From: Lachnospiraceae bacterium
Lineage (GTDB): Bacteria; Bacillota; Clostridia; Lachnospirales; Lachnospiraceae
Direction of reading: 5' to 3'
Assembly (NCBI GenBank): GCA_016283755.1
Contig: JAEENO010000049.1
Location: 3,342 to 67,341 of the forward strand
Length of the DNA: 64,000 bases
Position numbers and translations under genes: made by a program. Positions 54,613-64,000 of the stretch are shown in pieces. The notes under the pieces are model-generated. The model had not been told where the DNA came from, ran no database searches, and was given only the letters and a program-made list of their open reading frames with translations. Position 1 is the stretch's first letter. The number at the start of each line of letters is the position of its first letter.

Positions 54613-57600
54613 TTATTTGAAATATTTTACACCGGATTCAAATATCTGCATATCCTGGTTTCCGTAGATGTTAATTGCCACATAATCGCCTCTTCTTTCA
54701 GCATGTGCCATCTTACCGAATACTCTTCCGTCAGGGGATGTGATTCCTTCGATTGCCATATATGAACCGTTGATATTCCACTCTTCATCCATGGATGCGT
54801 TTCCGTTAATATCTACGTACTGTGTAGCTACCTGTCCGTTAGCGATTAACTTATCAAGCCATTCTCTGTTGGCTACGAATCTTCCTTCTCCGTGTGATGC
54901 AGGAATTGCATATACTTCTCCGAGCTTTGCGTTCTGTAACCACGGCGACTTATTGGATACAACCTTCGTGTATACAACCTTGGAGATATGACGTCCAATC
55001 GTATTATATGTAAGTGTCGGTGAATCTTCCTTCTGAGTCATTACTTCGCCGTAAGGTACAAGTCCTAACTTTATAAGTGCCTGGAATCCGTTACAGATTC
55101 CAAGTGCCAATCCGTCGCGCTCTTTTATAAGCTTATTTAACTCTTCCTTAAGTACTTCATTTCTGAAAGCCGTTGCGAAGAACTTTGCTGATCCGTCAGG
55201 TTCATCTCCTGCGGAGAATCCGCCCGGGAACATAACTATCTGCGCATTTGCTATCTCTTTCTTATATACTTCAACCGATTCTCTGATCTCTTCTTCAGTC
55301 TGATTCAAGAATACCTTGGTTGTAACCGTTGCACCCGCACGCTCAAAGGCCTTAGCGGAATCGTACTCACAGTTGGTACCCGGGAATACAGGTATAAATA
55401 CATGTGGCTTAGCCACCTTATTCTTGCATACGTATACATTCTTCTCTTCATAAAGCTTAGTCGGAACAGGTTCGGTACCTTCAACCGCCTTTTCAGGAAA
55501 TACCTTAATTAAAGGCTTTCTCCAAGCAGCGATTGCCTCATCCATAGGAATACTCATATCCTCGTAGAAGAAATCCTGCTCCTCGCATGTCTCGCCGACA
55601 TGAACTGCCATTCCGGATTCAAGTATCTCATCAAGATACTCACCGGAAACTTCTGCGATTATGTTACCGTATCCCGGTCCGAATACGGTCTCGCGTGCTA
55701 CTTCTTCATAGATATCTGCACCAATCTTATTACCGAATCCCATCTTGGATACTGCTGCCGCAATACCGTGTGCATCAATTGCATAAGCAGCCTTAATCTT
55801 ACCTTCGCATACAAGCTTATGGAAGTAATCATATACTTTCATAACCTGCTCATAGCAAGGAAGGTCATATTCATCCTTCTTAATGCGGAAGAGCATTAAT
55901 GCGTCGCCTGCAGCCTTAAATTCAGGGCTTACTATATTCTTCTCGCTTCCAACTGCTACCGCAAAGGAAATAAGTGTAGGCGGAACATCTATATCGTTAA
56001 AAGTTCCCGACATAGAGTCCTTACCGCCGATAGACGGTAACTTATAGCCCATCTGTGCATTAAACGCACCAAGAAGTGCTGATACAGGCTCTGAATATCT
56101 CTCCGGTTCGCCCGTCATTCTCTTAAAGTACTCCTGGAAGGAGAATCTTATCTTACTGTAATCTCCGCCCGTTGCGACAATTTTTGCAATTGAATCTGTT
56201 ATCGCATAGATTGCACCGTGATATGGGCTCCAAGATGAAATATAAGGGTCAAAACCATAGCTCATCATGGTTACCGTATCAGTCTTGCCCTTAAGAAGCG
56301 GAAGGTGTGCAACCATAGACTGTGTCTCTGTTAACTGATACTTACCACCGTAAGGCATAAGTACGGTACCTGCTCCGATTGAGGAATCGAATCTCTCAAC
56401 AAGGCCCTTCTGTGAGCACTCATTTAAATCGGATAAGGTCTTAAGCCAAGTCTCTCTGACATCTCCGTCATATGAAACCTTAAAATAATTCTTCTTCTCA
56501 TCAGGCATATCTACTACAACGTCAGTCTCCTGATGAGCACCGTTGGTATCAAGGAATGCTCTTGATAAATCAACGATCTTCTTGCCTCTCCACTTAAGTA
56601 CAAGGCGAGGCTCCTTGGTTACTACAGCAACTACAGTTGCTTCAAGGTTCTCTTCTGCTGCATATCCCATAAATGTATCTACATCCTTAGGATCGATAAC
56701 TACAGCCATACGCTCCTGAGATTCCGAAATTGCAAGTTCCGTACCGTCAAGTCCCGCATACTTCTTCGGAACCTTATCAAGTTCTACTTCAAGACCTGCT
56801 GCAAGCTCACCTATCGCAACGGATACGCCGCCCGCACCAAAGTCATTACATTTCTTAATTAAAGATGCAACTTCTTCTCTTCTGAAAAGACGCTGAATCT
56901 TACGCTCTGTAGGCGCATTACCCTTCTGAACCTCAGCTCCGCAAGTGGATAAAGATTCCGAAGTATGAATCTTGGATGATCCGGTTGCACCGCCACAGCC
57001 GTCACGTCCTGTCTTACCACCGAGTAATACAATTATATCGCCCGGATCCGAATTAAGACGCTTAACGCATCTTCTCGGAGATGCACCCATAACGGCACCA
57101 ACCTCCATACGTTTTGCAACGTAATTAGGATGGTAAATTTCCTTAACGTAACCTGTGGCAAGACCTATCTGGTTACCGTAAGAACTGTATCCGTGTGCAG
57201 CACTTGTTACAATCTTACGCTGAGGAAGCTTGCCTTCCAATGTATCGGATACAGGAACCGTAGGATCTGCAGCACCTGTAATACGCATAGCCTGGTATAC
57301 ATAGGAACGTCCCGAAAGCGGGTCTCTTATAGCACCGCCAAGACATGTAGCAGCACCACCAAAAGGCTCTATCTCTGTAGGATGGTTATGTGTCTCGTTC
57401 TTAAATGACACAAGCCACTCTTCTTCCTCACCGTCTACCTTAACAGGAACAACGATGGAACATGCATTAATCTCGTCTGACTCTTCCTGGTCATTTAAGA
57501 ATCCATCTTTCTTGAGCTTTTTCATAGCCATTAAAGCTATATCCATAAGACAGACATACTTATCGTCTCTGCCTTTATAAAGTTCGCTCATTGTGTCCTT

Positions 57601-58365
57601 ATACGCATCAAATGAAGCCTTAATAGGCTTATTGTAGAAGCCGTCCTTAAAGCTTACATTCTTAAGTTCGGTCGAAAACGTCGTATGACGGCAGTGATCC
57701 GACCAGTATGTATCGAGAACCCTGATCTCTGTCATGGTAGGATCGCGGTGTTCCTCGTTTTTATAATAATTCTGAATATGAAGGAAATCTTTGTATGTCA
57801 TGGCAAGGGATAAGGAATCGTAAAGTTCCTTAAGCTTATCGTCTGACATATCAGCAAAGCCCGTAAATACAATAACATCATCAGGCTCATCATAATTGCT
57901 GATAAGTGTTGAAGGTTTATCAAGTGAAGTCTCACGGCTGTCGACAGGGTTAATACAATGCGCTTTTATCGCATTCTTATCCTTATCCGTAAGCTTGCCG
58001 TAGATCATATATGTAACGGCCGTCTTAATAACAGGCTCTTCCTTCTCGTCAAGGAACTTAACACACTGCTCTGCGGAATCGGCTCTCTGGTCGTACTGTC
58101 CCGGCAAGTACTCAACCGAGAATACGAAAGCGCCGTCGGTATCAAGGTTCTCCTCGATAACCGTATCTACAGGCGGCTCAGAAAATACTGTCTTAATCGC
58201 TTTTTCATAAGTCTTATCACTTATGTTCTCGACATCGTATCTGATAAGAACACGCACTCTGTCTACAGAATTGATAAGCAAATAGCTCTTGATCTCGGAT
58301 AAAAGCTCTGACGCCATAACCGCATATTCAGGCTTTTTCTCCACATAAAGTCTTCTTACACTCAT
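54613..58365 (-). CDS. purL: phosphoribosylformylglycinamidine synthase, single-chain large form
   Basis: 1250-aa ORF with FGAM synthase AIR-synthase-like repeats and a C-terminal class I glutamine amidotransferase (GICNGFQAL, HGEGR). Confidence 0.92.
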   Translation of the reverse strand: MSVRRLYVEKKPEYAVMASELLSEIKSYLLINSVDRVRVLIRYDVENISDKTYEKAIKTVFSEPPVDTVIEENLDTDGAFVFSVEYLPGQYDQRADSAEQCVKFLDEKEEPVIKTAVTYMIYGKLTDKDKNAIKAHCINPVDSRETSLDKPSTLISNYDEPDDVIVFTGFADMSDDKLKELYDSLSLAMTYKDFLHIQNYYKNEEHRDPTMTEIRVLDTYWSDHCRHTTFSTELKNVSFKDGFYNKPIKASFDAYKDTMSELYKGRDDKYVCLMDIALMAMKKLKKDGFLNDQEESDEINACSIVVPVKVDGEEEEWLVSFKNETHNHPTEIEPFGGAATCLGGAIRDPLSGRSYVYQAMRITGAADPTVPVSDTLEGKLPQRKIVTSAAHGYSSYGNQIGLATGYVKEIYHPNYVAKRMEVGAVMGASPRRCVKRLNSDPGDIIVLLGGKTGRDGCGGATGSSKIHTSESLSTCGAEVQKGNAPTERKIQRLFRREEVASLIKKCNDFGAGGVSVAIGELAAGLEVELDKVPKKYAGLDGTELAISESQERMAVVIDPKDVDTFMGYAAEENLEATVVAVVTKEPRLVLKWRGKKIVDLSRAFLDTNGAHQETDVVVDMPDEKKNYFKVSYDGDVRETWLKTLSDLNECSQKGLVERFDSSIGAGTVLMPYGGKYQLTETQSMVAHLPLLKGKTDTVTMMSYGFDPYISSWSPYHGAIYAITDSIAKIVATGGDYSKIRFSFQEYFKRMTGEPERYSEPVSALLGAFNAQMGYKLPSIGGKDSMSGTFNDIDVPPTLISFAVAVGSEKNIVSPEFKAAGDALMLFRIKKDEYDLPCYEQVMKVYDYFHKLVCEGKIKAAYAIDAHGIAAAVSKMGFGNKIGADIYEEVARETVFGPGYGNIIAEVSGEYLDEILESGMAVHVGETCEEQDFFYEDMSIPMDEAIAAWRKPLIKVFPEKAVEGTEPVPTKLYEEKNVYVCKNKVAKPHVFIPVFPGTNCEYDSAKAFERAGATVTTKVFLNQTEEEIRESVEVYKKEIANAQIVMFPGGFSAGDEPDGSAKFFATAFRNEVLKEELNKLIKERDGLALGICNGFQALIKLGLVPYGEVMTQKEDSPTLTYNTIGRHISKVVYTKVVSNKSPWLQNAKLGEVYAIPASHGEGRFVANREWLDKLIANGQVATQYVDINGNASMDEEWNINGSYMAIEGITSPDGRVFGKMAHAERRGDYVAINIYGNQDMQIFESGVKYFK

Positions 58366-58445
58366 AGATTTCCTCCGAATGAATCAATATACATTTGTAA
58401 ACCCACTGACAATTTTAACACGATTGTATTGATTAGTCACCTTTA

Positions 58446-60809
58446 TCATGAATAAAATTTTCGAATTTTATCAGATACACTGTCAATTGTGACAACCTCA
58501 TAGTTATCCCATTCCCTCGGTAAAAGTGCCTTATTGTCACTTTGTAAAAAGCGCTCATCGAGAAGAAGAATAACCCCCTTATCTTCCGCGGTTCTAATTA
58601 CTCTTCCGCCTGCCTGCAAGACTTTATTAAGACCCGGGAATCTGTAGGAATAATCAAATCCCGACTTACCGTTATCATCATAATAAGTCTTTAAAACTTC
58701 TCGTTCATGGCTCGTCTTAGGGAAGCCTGTTCCTACTATGATTGCGCCAATAAGCCTGTCTCCCGTAAGGTCGATTCCTTCGGAGAATACTCCTCCGAGA
58801 ACCGCAAATCCTATTAGGCTACTGTCCTCTCCAAAGTTCTGCAGGAATGCTTCACGGCTTTCTTCATCCATATCCATGGTCTGTAAGATAAGGAAATCTT
58901 CATTTTCACGCCATTCTTCTTTAACCTCATCATAGACATCAAGCATCATCTTATATGAAGGGAAGAATACCATATAGTTACCCGGATGCGCCTCATATGC
59001 TTTTTCAACATATTCAGCTATTCTTCTGTATTCCGCCTTATTACGTCTTGTATACTTACTGCTTACATCCGACGCAATCAAAACTTTCTTCTTTTCGTTA
59101 TCAAAAGAGGTCTTCGCATAGATAGCATAAGGCTCTTTTTCTTCCGTCAGCATATGCTTATAGTAGTTAATAGGAAGCAGCGTTGCAGAGAAAAATATAT
59201 TGGATCGGGCCGCATTTTCCTTTGCCTGTAAAACTCTCGCAGTTTCAATACAAGACAAATTAACTACAAAATCCCCGTTCTCATCATGCTCTGCATAGCA
59301 AATGTAATCATCGCTTGCAATTTCAAGCATATTGACAAAATGACGGATTCTTAATGAGAAATCATCCCATGCTTCTCCGCCCCTGTACCTTTTATTAATC
59401 TCGTACATACGCATAATTGCATTGTTAAGTCTATGTATTCCAAGACTTAACTGTGAATAAGACTCAAGTATCTTATATTCTTCGCAGTTTCTTTTTAACG
59501 AAAGCAGAATCTTATTAAGATTGTCAAGTTCACGCGCCACAAGAGGCATATTCTCCGATACCATAAAATGCTTCATTCTAAGCACTTCTTCCTTGTTGAT
59601 TGTCGCGGAATACATCTTTCTACCGCGGTCTACCATATTATGAGCCTCATCCACAAGGAATATGTAACTATCAGGAATTCCCTCTTCGAAAAAGCGCCTT
59701 AAATATACGTTAGGATCGAATACATAGTTATAGTCGCAGATAATTGCATCGCACCAAAGCGATACATCAAGTGAAAACTCAAAAGGACACAGCTCGTGCT
59801 CTCTTGCAAATTCAACAATTCTCTCCCTGTCATATATTCCCGGGCTTTGTATGAATTCAAAGGTTGCATCGTTAACCCTGTCATAGTAACCCTTAGCATA
59901 TGGGCATTCCACAGGATTACACTCTCTTTTTTCAAGAAAGCAAACCTTATCCTTGGCGGTTATCGTAAGCACCCTTATCGTAAGTCCGTTATCTATAAGC
60001 TTCTTAAAGCAATCAAGTGCAGCTTGTCTTACAATAGTCTTGGATGTAAGATAAAAAATCTTCTCCGCAAGCTTGGCGGACAGAGCTTTTACCGAAGGAT
60101 ATACAGTACTTATCGTCTTTCCGACGCCTGTAGGTGCCTCGATAAAGAGGTTCTTCTTTCTTAATATTGAAACATATACATTCTTAACAAGTTCTTCCTG
60201 ACCGTCTCGATAAGGAAACGGAAACTGTAATTTAAGTCCCGTATCAGTAAGTTCCCTTCCTGCTGCCAGTTCAAACTCAATCCACTTTGTGTATTCATGA
60301 TAGAGATTATCAAACCACTCGGTAAGTTCCTCGAAGGTATACTCATACTCAAAATACTTGGTTTCATAGGTATCAAGATCGGCATAGGTCATTCTCACAC
60401 CCATCTTGTCGTAGTTCTCCTGCCTTGAAAGCATATAGGCATAGCACATGGCCTGGGCAAGATGAACAGGAACCGGCTCAGAAAGCTCACTTATGCTCAT
60501 ATATACGCCTTTAATCTCGTCTATATAATTTACATCGCCTATCTTAAATACGCCGTCTGCGCGTCCCTCGATAAGAAAATCGTACTTATCTTCAAAAAGG
60601 CATAATTTTAAGGCAACCTCGGCGCTGTACCCATCTCCCATGCTCTTCTGAATCTTACGGTGCAACTTCGCGCCTTCAAGCATGGCATCAACTTCGCCAA
60701 GATTACCTCTTCTGTTATCAATATCACCGCTCCTTAATATGAATTCCACAAAGGAGCGGACCGATATCCTGTATATTAATCTGTCTTCATTATCTGCTTT
60801 AATTATCAT
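58446..60809 (-). CDS. RecB-like PD-(D/E)xK nuclease domain fused to an XPD/DinG-family Fe-S DNA helicase
   Basis: 787-aa ORF. The N-terminal ~190 aa carry GRADGV, IDEIKG and QAMCYAY (nuclease motifs II, III and QxxxY). It also has Walker A APTGVGKT, DEAH in LVDEAHNM, and four Cys between the Walker motifs (CFLEKRECNPVEC...C). Confidence 0.75.
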   Translation of the reverse strand: MIIKADNEDRLIYRISVRSFVEFILRSGDIDNRRGNLGEVDAMLEGAKLHRKIQKSMGDGYSAEVALKLCLFEDKYDFLIEGRADGVFKIGDVNYIDEIKGVYMSISELSEPVPVHLAQAMCYAYMLSRQENYDKMGVRMTYADLDTYETKYFEYEYTFEELTEWFDNLYHEYTKWIEFELAAGRELTDTGLKLQFPFPYRDGQEELVKNVYVSILRKKNLFIEAPTGVGKTISTVYPSVKALSAKLAEKIFYLTSKTIVRQAALDCFKKLIDNGLTIRVLTITAKDKVCFLEKRECNPVECPYAKGYYDRVNDATFEFIQSPGIYDRERIVEFAREHELCPFEFSLDVSLWCDAIICDYNYVFDPNVYLRRFFEEGIPDSYIFLVDEAHNMVDRGRKMYSATINKEEVLRMKHFMVSENMPLVARELDNLNKILLSLKRNCEEYKILESYSQLSLGIHRLNNAIMRMYEINKRYRGGEAWDDFSLRIRHFVNMLEIASDDYICYAEHDENGDFVVNLSCIETARVLQAKENAARSNIFFSATLLPINYYKHMLTEEKEPYAIYAKTSFDNEKKKVLIASDVSSKYTRRNKAEYRRIAEYVEKAYEAHPGNYMVFFPSYKMMLDVYDEVKEEWRENEDFLILQTMDMDEESREAFLQNFGEDSSLIGFAVLGGVFSEGIDLTGDRLIGAIIVGTGFPKTSHEREVLKTYYDDNGKSGFDYSYRFPGLNKVLQAGGRVIRTAEDKGVILLLDERFLQSDNKALLPREWDNYEVVTIDSVSDKIRKFYS

Positions 60810-61981
60810 TTGCCGGCTCTTTCATCAAGCTCTTCGTCATCCTGCTGTGCAAACGGGTTAGGGATTTCCTTCCATACGTTCTCTCTTCCCTTCTTAAGAA
60901 GAAGCTTAATTGTATCTTTTACGATTTTCTTCTTATCTTCATCAAGATGGGAAGCTTCCTTCAATACGGCATAAGCCTTCTTTAAAGGCTCATTCTTTGC
61001 ATCCGTAAAGGTCTCAAGGCCCTGCTCTTCAACAAGATCGAATAACGTGTCGACTGCTGTCTGAAACTTATCTTCAGGCATGTTTCTAAGCCAGTCGGAT
61101 ATTATCTTATTAACCGTCCGGCTTGATTTAGATGTATCTTCAAGATATATGAAGTGACGTCCCAGAACTTCCCAGGTAAAAGCATTATGCGCGGATGTTC
61201 CCGAAGCAACACTTCTTACTACGGTATAGCTTTCTTCATGCTCAAGAAGCATACCGATTATAGAATCTTCAGGTACAATTGTTCTTACCTTAGGCACAAT
61301 ATCCTTATAATTCTCGGTCTCAATGAATTCTTTTCTAAAGCCCGGACCGTCATTATTGTATACTCTTATAATTCTGTTCTTAATTCTTTTCCCCGACTGT
61401 GTCGCCGCATATACTGCCAAATTACCGCCCTTAGAATGTCCACCTATAAAGATTCTCTTTCTGCCGTGCTCTTTTGCCACTTTAGTAAGATAATTATAAG
61501 CATCAACCTGTGACGGAATATGAGATGCGACACCTAAGTATAGGTCTTCCTTCCATCCCACAACGGAATCGTCAGTACCACGATATGCCACATATATAGC
61601 ATCAGTTCCTATATCAATGGTTAAAGCAGCAAACTGCTTACCGCCTTCATCACTTGTCTGCGATACATAGTCCGACAATATACAATCCTGAAATCTTTTT
61701 GCTTTTGCCATCTCAAAAAGAATTTCCGCACCACGGCGCTTTGAATTAGGCATCTTATGTACTTCTTCAAGAGAATGAATTGTATAAAACTTGTCCGCCG
61801 CCTCAAAAAGTGTCATAGAAGGCTTATAATACTTATCCCCGTACTTCTTTGAAGGTGTAAGTATTCCCTCAAATTCAGCATAAGAAAGTACAGAAAAAAT
61901 AAGATTATCAACCTCGTTAAACTGCGATTTTCTGAATGTAAGGTCGCCTCTCCAATTGATATAAGAAAAGATATCAGACAT
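60806..61981 (-). CDS. DUF2974/Mbeg1-like alpha/beta hydrolase (lipase-like)
   Basis: 391-aa ORF with YVAYRGTD and the nucleophile elbow GGHSKGGNLAVYAA. Its stop overlaps the helicase start (ATGA). Confidence 0.7.
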   Translation of the reverse strand: MSDIFSYINWRGDLTFRKSQFNEVDNLIFSVLSYAEFEGILTPSKKYGDKYYKPSMTLFEAADKFYTIHSLEEVHKMPNSKRRGAEILFEMAKAKRFQDCILSDYVSQTSDEGGKQFAALTIDIGTDAIYVAYRGTDDSVVGWKEDLYLGVASHIPSQVDAYNYLTKVAKEHGRKRIFIGGHSKGGNLAVYAATQSGKRIKNRIIRVYNNDGPGFRKEFIETENYKDIVPKVRTIVPEDSIIGMLLEHEESYTVVRSVASGTSAHNAFTWEVLGRHFIYLEDTSKSSRTVNKIISDWLRNMPEDKFQTAVDTLFDLVEEQGLETFTDAKNEPLKKAYAVLKEASHLDEDKKKIVKDTIKLLLKKGRENVWKEIPNPFAQQDDEELDERAGK

Positions 61982-61984
61982 TAC

Positions 61985-63379
61985 TTAACCTTCTTCCTCA
62001 ACCCCGGTCATATCAAGTATAAGGCCCAAAGCGTTACCCGATTCCTTAACAAAGCCTTCAGATGATTCCGGTGAAAATACCGCAACAACTGTTTTTAATA
62101 TTAACTGTATATCAAGAAGAATCGAGAATTTCTCGATATATATCATATCCATAATAAGCTTATCTCTCGGTGTCGTATTATACTTACCCGCAATCTGAGC
62201 GTATCCCGTAAGGCCTGCCTTAACACGGAGTCTGTAAGCAAATTCCGGTAATTCTTCGGTATATTTCTCGACATTTTTAACCATCTCCGGACGCGGTCCG
62301 ACAAATGACATGTCACCCTTAAGCACGTTATATACCTGCGGAATCTCGTCAATTCTTGTGCGTCTTAAGAACTTACCGATCTTGGTTATTCTGTCATCAT
62401 TAACTGTTGCGGAATGAGAATTATCATTCTCCTTCATTGTTCTTAACTTGTATACGTTAAAAATCCTTCCGTTAATGGTAGCACGCGCCTGCTTATAGAT
62501 AATACTTCCGCCGTCTTCCGCTTTAATTAAAATAACCGCTATAAGAAGAATAGGACTTGTAAGTATAAGCGTTATAACGGAAATAAAGATATCAAATACT
62601 CTTTTTACTATTCTTTGCTCAAATGTAAAAGTTCTTCCGAGATAGTTAATCATTACCGCATCATCTATCTGATAATCGGTAGAATTCATCTGCATGATAT
62701 CTTCTATCTCAGGTGTCATATATACGTTCTTCTGACACTTATAAGCAAAATGCAATATTGCGGCACGGTCACCCGCAGGAACCTCAGATATAAAAATCGC
62801 GTCGCATTCCTTAATAAGCGCTTTTATATCAGGATTCTTATAATGAACCGCTTTGGTTATCTTATACTGCTTCTTATACTTAGATACAGCCTTAACTACC
62901 TGGTCAAGGTGTTCCTGTGTGGATGTAACAACTATACAGTTTTCAGGTTCATGAACTCTGAAGAATATATCGTTACCCGCATAAGTGAATACAGCAATAA
63001 TCAAAAACTGGACGACTATAACAACAAGTAAAAGGTCGATTCTTCTTAATGCAAAATGCTTAATCGTATTAAGGTTAACCCTCATGATCATTACCTGAAG
63101 GTATGCGATAATATCCGTAAGCACCGTTGCAAGAAATATCGAGAATAGAATCGGCTTACTCTTACGGCGGCCTACATCGAACCCGCCGTAAGTCTTAACG
63201 AACATGAATTCAAGAACCGCACAGGTAACGCAGACGATACCCATAGTACGGGATACCTGCGTAAGACCCGGGTTATCAAATCCAAGTACGTATACAAACG
63301 TTGCCAGGAGAGATACATATAACACTACTTTTGTAATAAACCAAGCCGAAGCTTCGAATTTATGATATCTCTTAGTCAA
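61985..63379 (-). CDS. polyprenyl-phosphate sugar-phosphate transferase (bacterial sugar transferase, WbaP/CpsE-like priming enzyme)
   Basis: 464-aa ORF with N-terminal TM segments and a C-terminal Bac_transf domain (KRVFDIFISV..., DEIPQVYNVLKGDMSFVGPRPE). Confidence 0.88.
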   Translation of the reverse strand: MTKRYHKFEASAWFITKVVLYVSLLATFVYVLGFDNPGLTQVSRTMGIVCVTCAVLEFMFVKTYGGFDVGRRKSKPILFSIFLATVLTDIIAYLQVMIMRVNLNTIKHFALRRIDLLLVVIVVQFLIIAVFTYAGNDIFFRVHEPENCIVVTSTQEHLDQVVKAVSKYKKQYKITKAVHYKNPDIKALIKECDAIFISEVPAGDRAAILHFAYKCQKNVYMTPEIEDIMQMNSTDYQIDDAVMINYLGRTFTFEQRIVKRVFDIFISVITLILTSPILLIAVILIKAEDGGSIIYKQARATINGRIFNVYKLRTMKENDNSHSATVNDDRITKIGKFLRRTRIDEIPQVYNVLKGDMSFVGPRPEMVKNVEKYTEELPEFAYRLRVKAGLTGYAQIAGKYNTTPRDKLIMDMIYIEKFSILLDIQLILKTVVAVFSPESSEGFVKESGNALGLILDMTGVEEEG

Positions 63380-63397
63380 CCCAACCCCTCCTAAATA

Positions 63398-64000
63398 TTA
63401 AAGTGCTGCCATTTCCTTCATCATTCTTACAATTGAATATCCGTAATCAGCAGAAACTGCCCAGCCTTTTCCGTACGGATTCTCTCCTATGCCGAGCCAT
63501 TCGATATATGGAGCGGTACCCGCAATACCCATATAGAATCTAGGATCGACATTTTCATTTACAAACTCAGGATTTGCACATGCATATAACTTAAGATGCT
63601 GTACCTGAGCTCTTATACCTATTCTTACATTAGGGAATACACAACCCGGCTCTCCGCCGCCTGTAGCGCCTAAACCGCCAAAGTTACACTGGGTAGGCTG
63701 TACGTCTCCACCAAACTGTAAGAAACCGGTCTCTTTAAATATCTGGCACGCAAGCATATCAGCTCTTACGCCTTCTGTTTCCGCTTCTTCGATAATTATC
63801 TGTACGAACTTTTCTATAGTATCTACGTTACCGAATTCTTCAGTTGCGTATGTATCAGGGAACGGCTTACCTGAGTTATTAAAGTACTTAATCATCTGCT
63901 CCATTGTGGCAACAGACTTGCCCATAATAGGTGTAAGCTGCTCTTCATCAGGCTTAACAACAATTACATCTACAGATATCGCATCAGAGAATGAACCGTA
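63398..64000 (-). CDS. glucosaminidase (GH73-like) domain protein, C-terminal part; ORF stays open to the window edge
   Basis: Motifs ACQIFKETGFLQFGG and NFGGLGATGGG. The frame upstream of the listed ATG (63925) has no stop through 64000, so the true N-terminus probably lies outside the window. Confidence 0.75.
   Translation of the reverse strand, partial: YGSFSDAISVDVIVVKPDEEQLTPIMGKSVATMEQMIKYFNNSGKPFPDTYATEEFGNVDTIEKFVQIIIEEAETEGVRADMLACQIFKETGFLQFGGDVQPTQCNFGGLGATGGGEPGCVFPNVRIGIRAQVQHLKLYACANPEFVNENVDPRFYMGIAGTAPYIEWLGIGENPYGKGWAVSADYGYSIVRMMKEMAAL

Noticed and set aside
58366-58445. Purine riboswitch or PurR operator upstream of purL
   Set aside because: 80 nt is too short for a purine aptamer plus expression platform. 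I saw one AACACGA PurBox-like half-site (58417-23) and a weak inverted repeat AATCAATA/TATTGATT, but no second box at the expected spacing, so this is not enough to call.

Overview
This window is 64 kb of a low-GC Firmicutes chromosome. It looks Clostridia/Lachnospiraceae-like by gene order and protein families, but that is inference only. About 90% is coding, and most genes are on the minus strand and are core housekeeping. In order they are: pfkA (partial), dnaE, adenine deaminase, a type-2 ileS, pepC, pepT, ftsY-smc-rnc-acpP-plsX, rpmF-yceD, tmcAL, a split purH (AICAR transformylase plus a PurO-type IMP cyclohydrolase), a chemoreceptor, dinB, polA-coaE, ackA, sigH-rlmB-mrnC-cysS-ispF, a cbiMQO-type ECF metal transporter, single-chain purL, and a short cell-envelope operon. 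I found three tRNA genes by eye: Leu-CAA, Thr-GGT and Met-CAT. I also found the short rpmF gene, which is missing from the ORF track, and a set of sigma-A-like promoters and intrinsic terminators. No integrase, transposase, cas gene, CRISPR array or prophage is visible. The accessory or unexplained content sits in two stretches, 44.5-50.4 kb and 52.8-54.5 kb. (1) A tightly overlapping cluster holds two non-canonical J-domain proteins (one ending in a cysteine string), a polytopic membrane protein and a DUF5685-like protein. This is my best candidate for an undescribed system. (2) A GC-rich, internally repeated 172-nt element lies next to tRNA-Met and carries copies of that tRNA's 3' end. (3) A DUF4160/DUF2442-HTH two-gene module has a perfect palindrome inside its promoter. 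(4) A consensus promoter is followed by a strong terminator in the leader of the cbiM metal transporter, which suggests an unidentified riboswitch or attenuator. (5) An actin-fold ATPase carries C-terminal ThiS-like repeats. (6) A RecB-nuclease/XPD-helicase fusion is translationally coupled to a DUF2974 hydrolase. (7) A serpin has no signal peptide. All family names come from motif recognition by eye; no database search was run.
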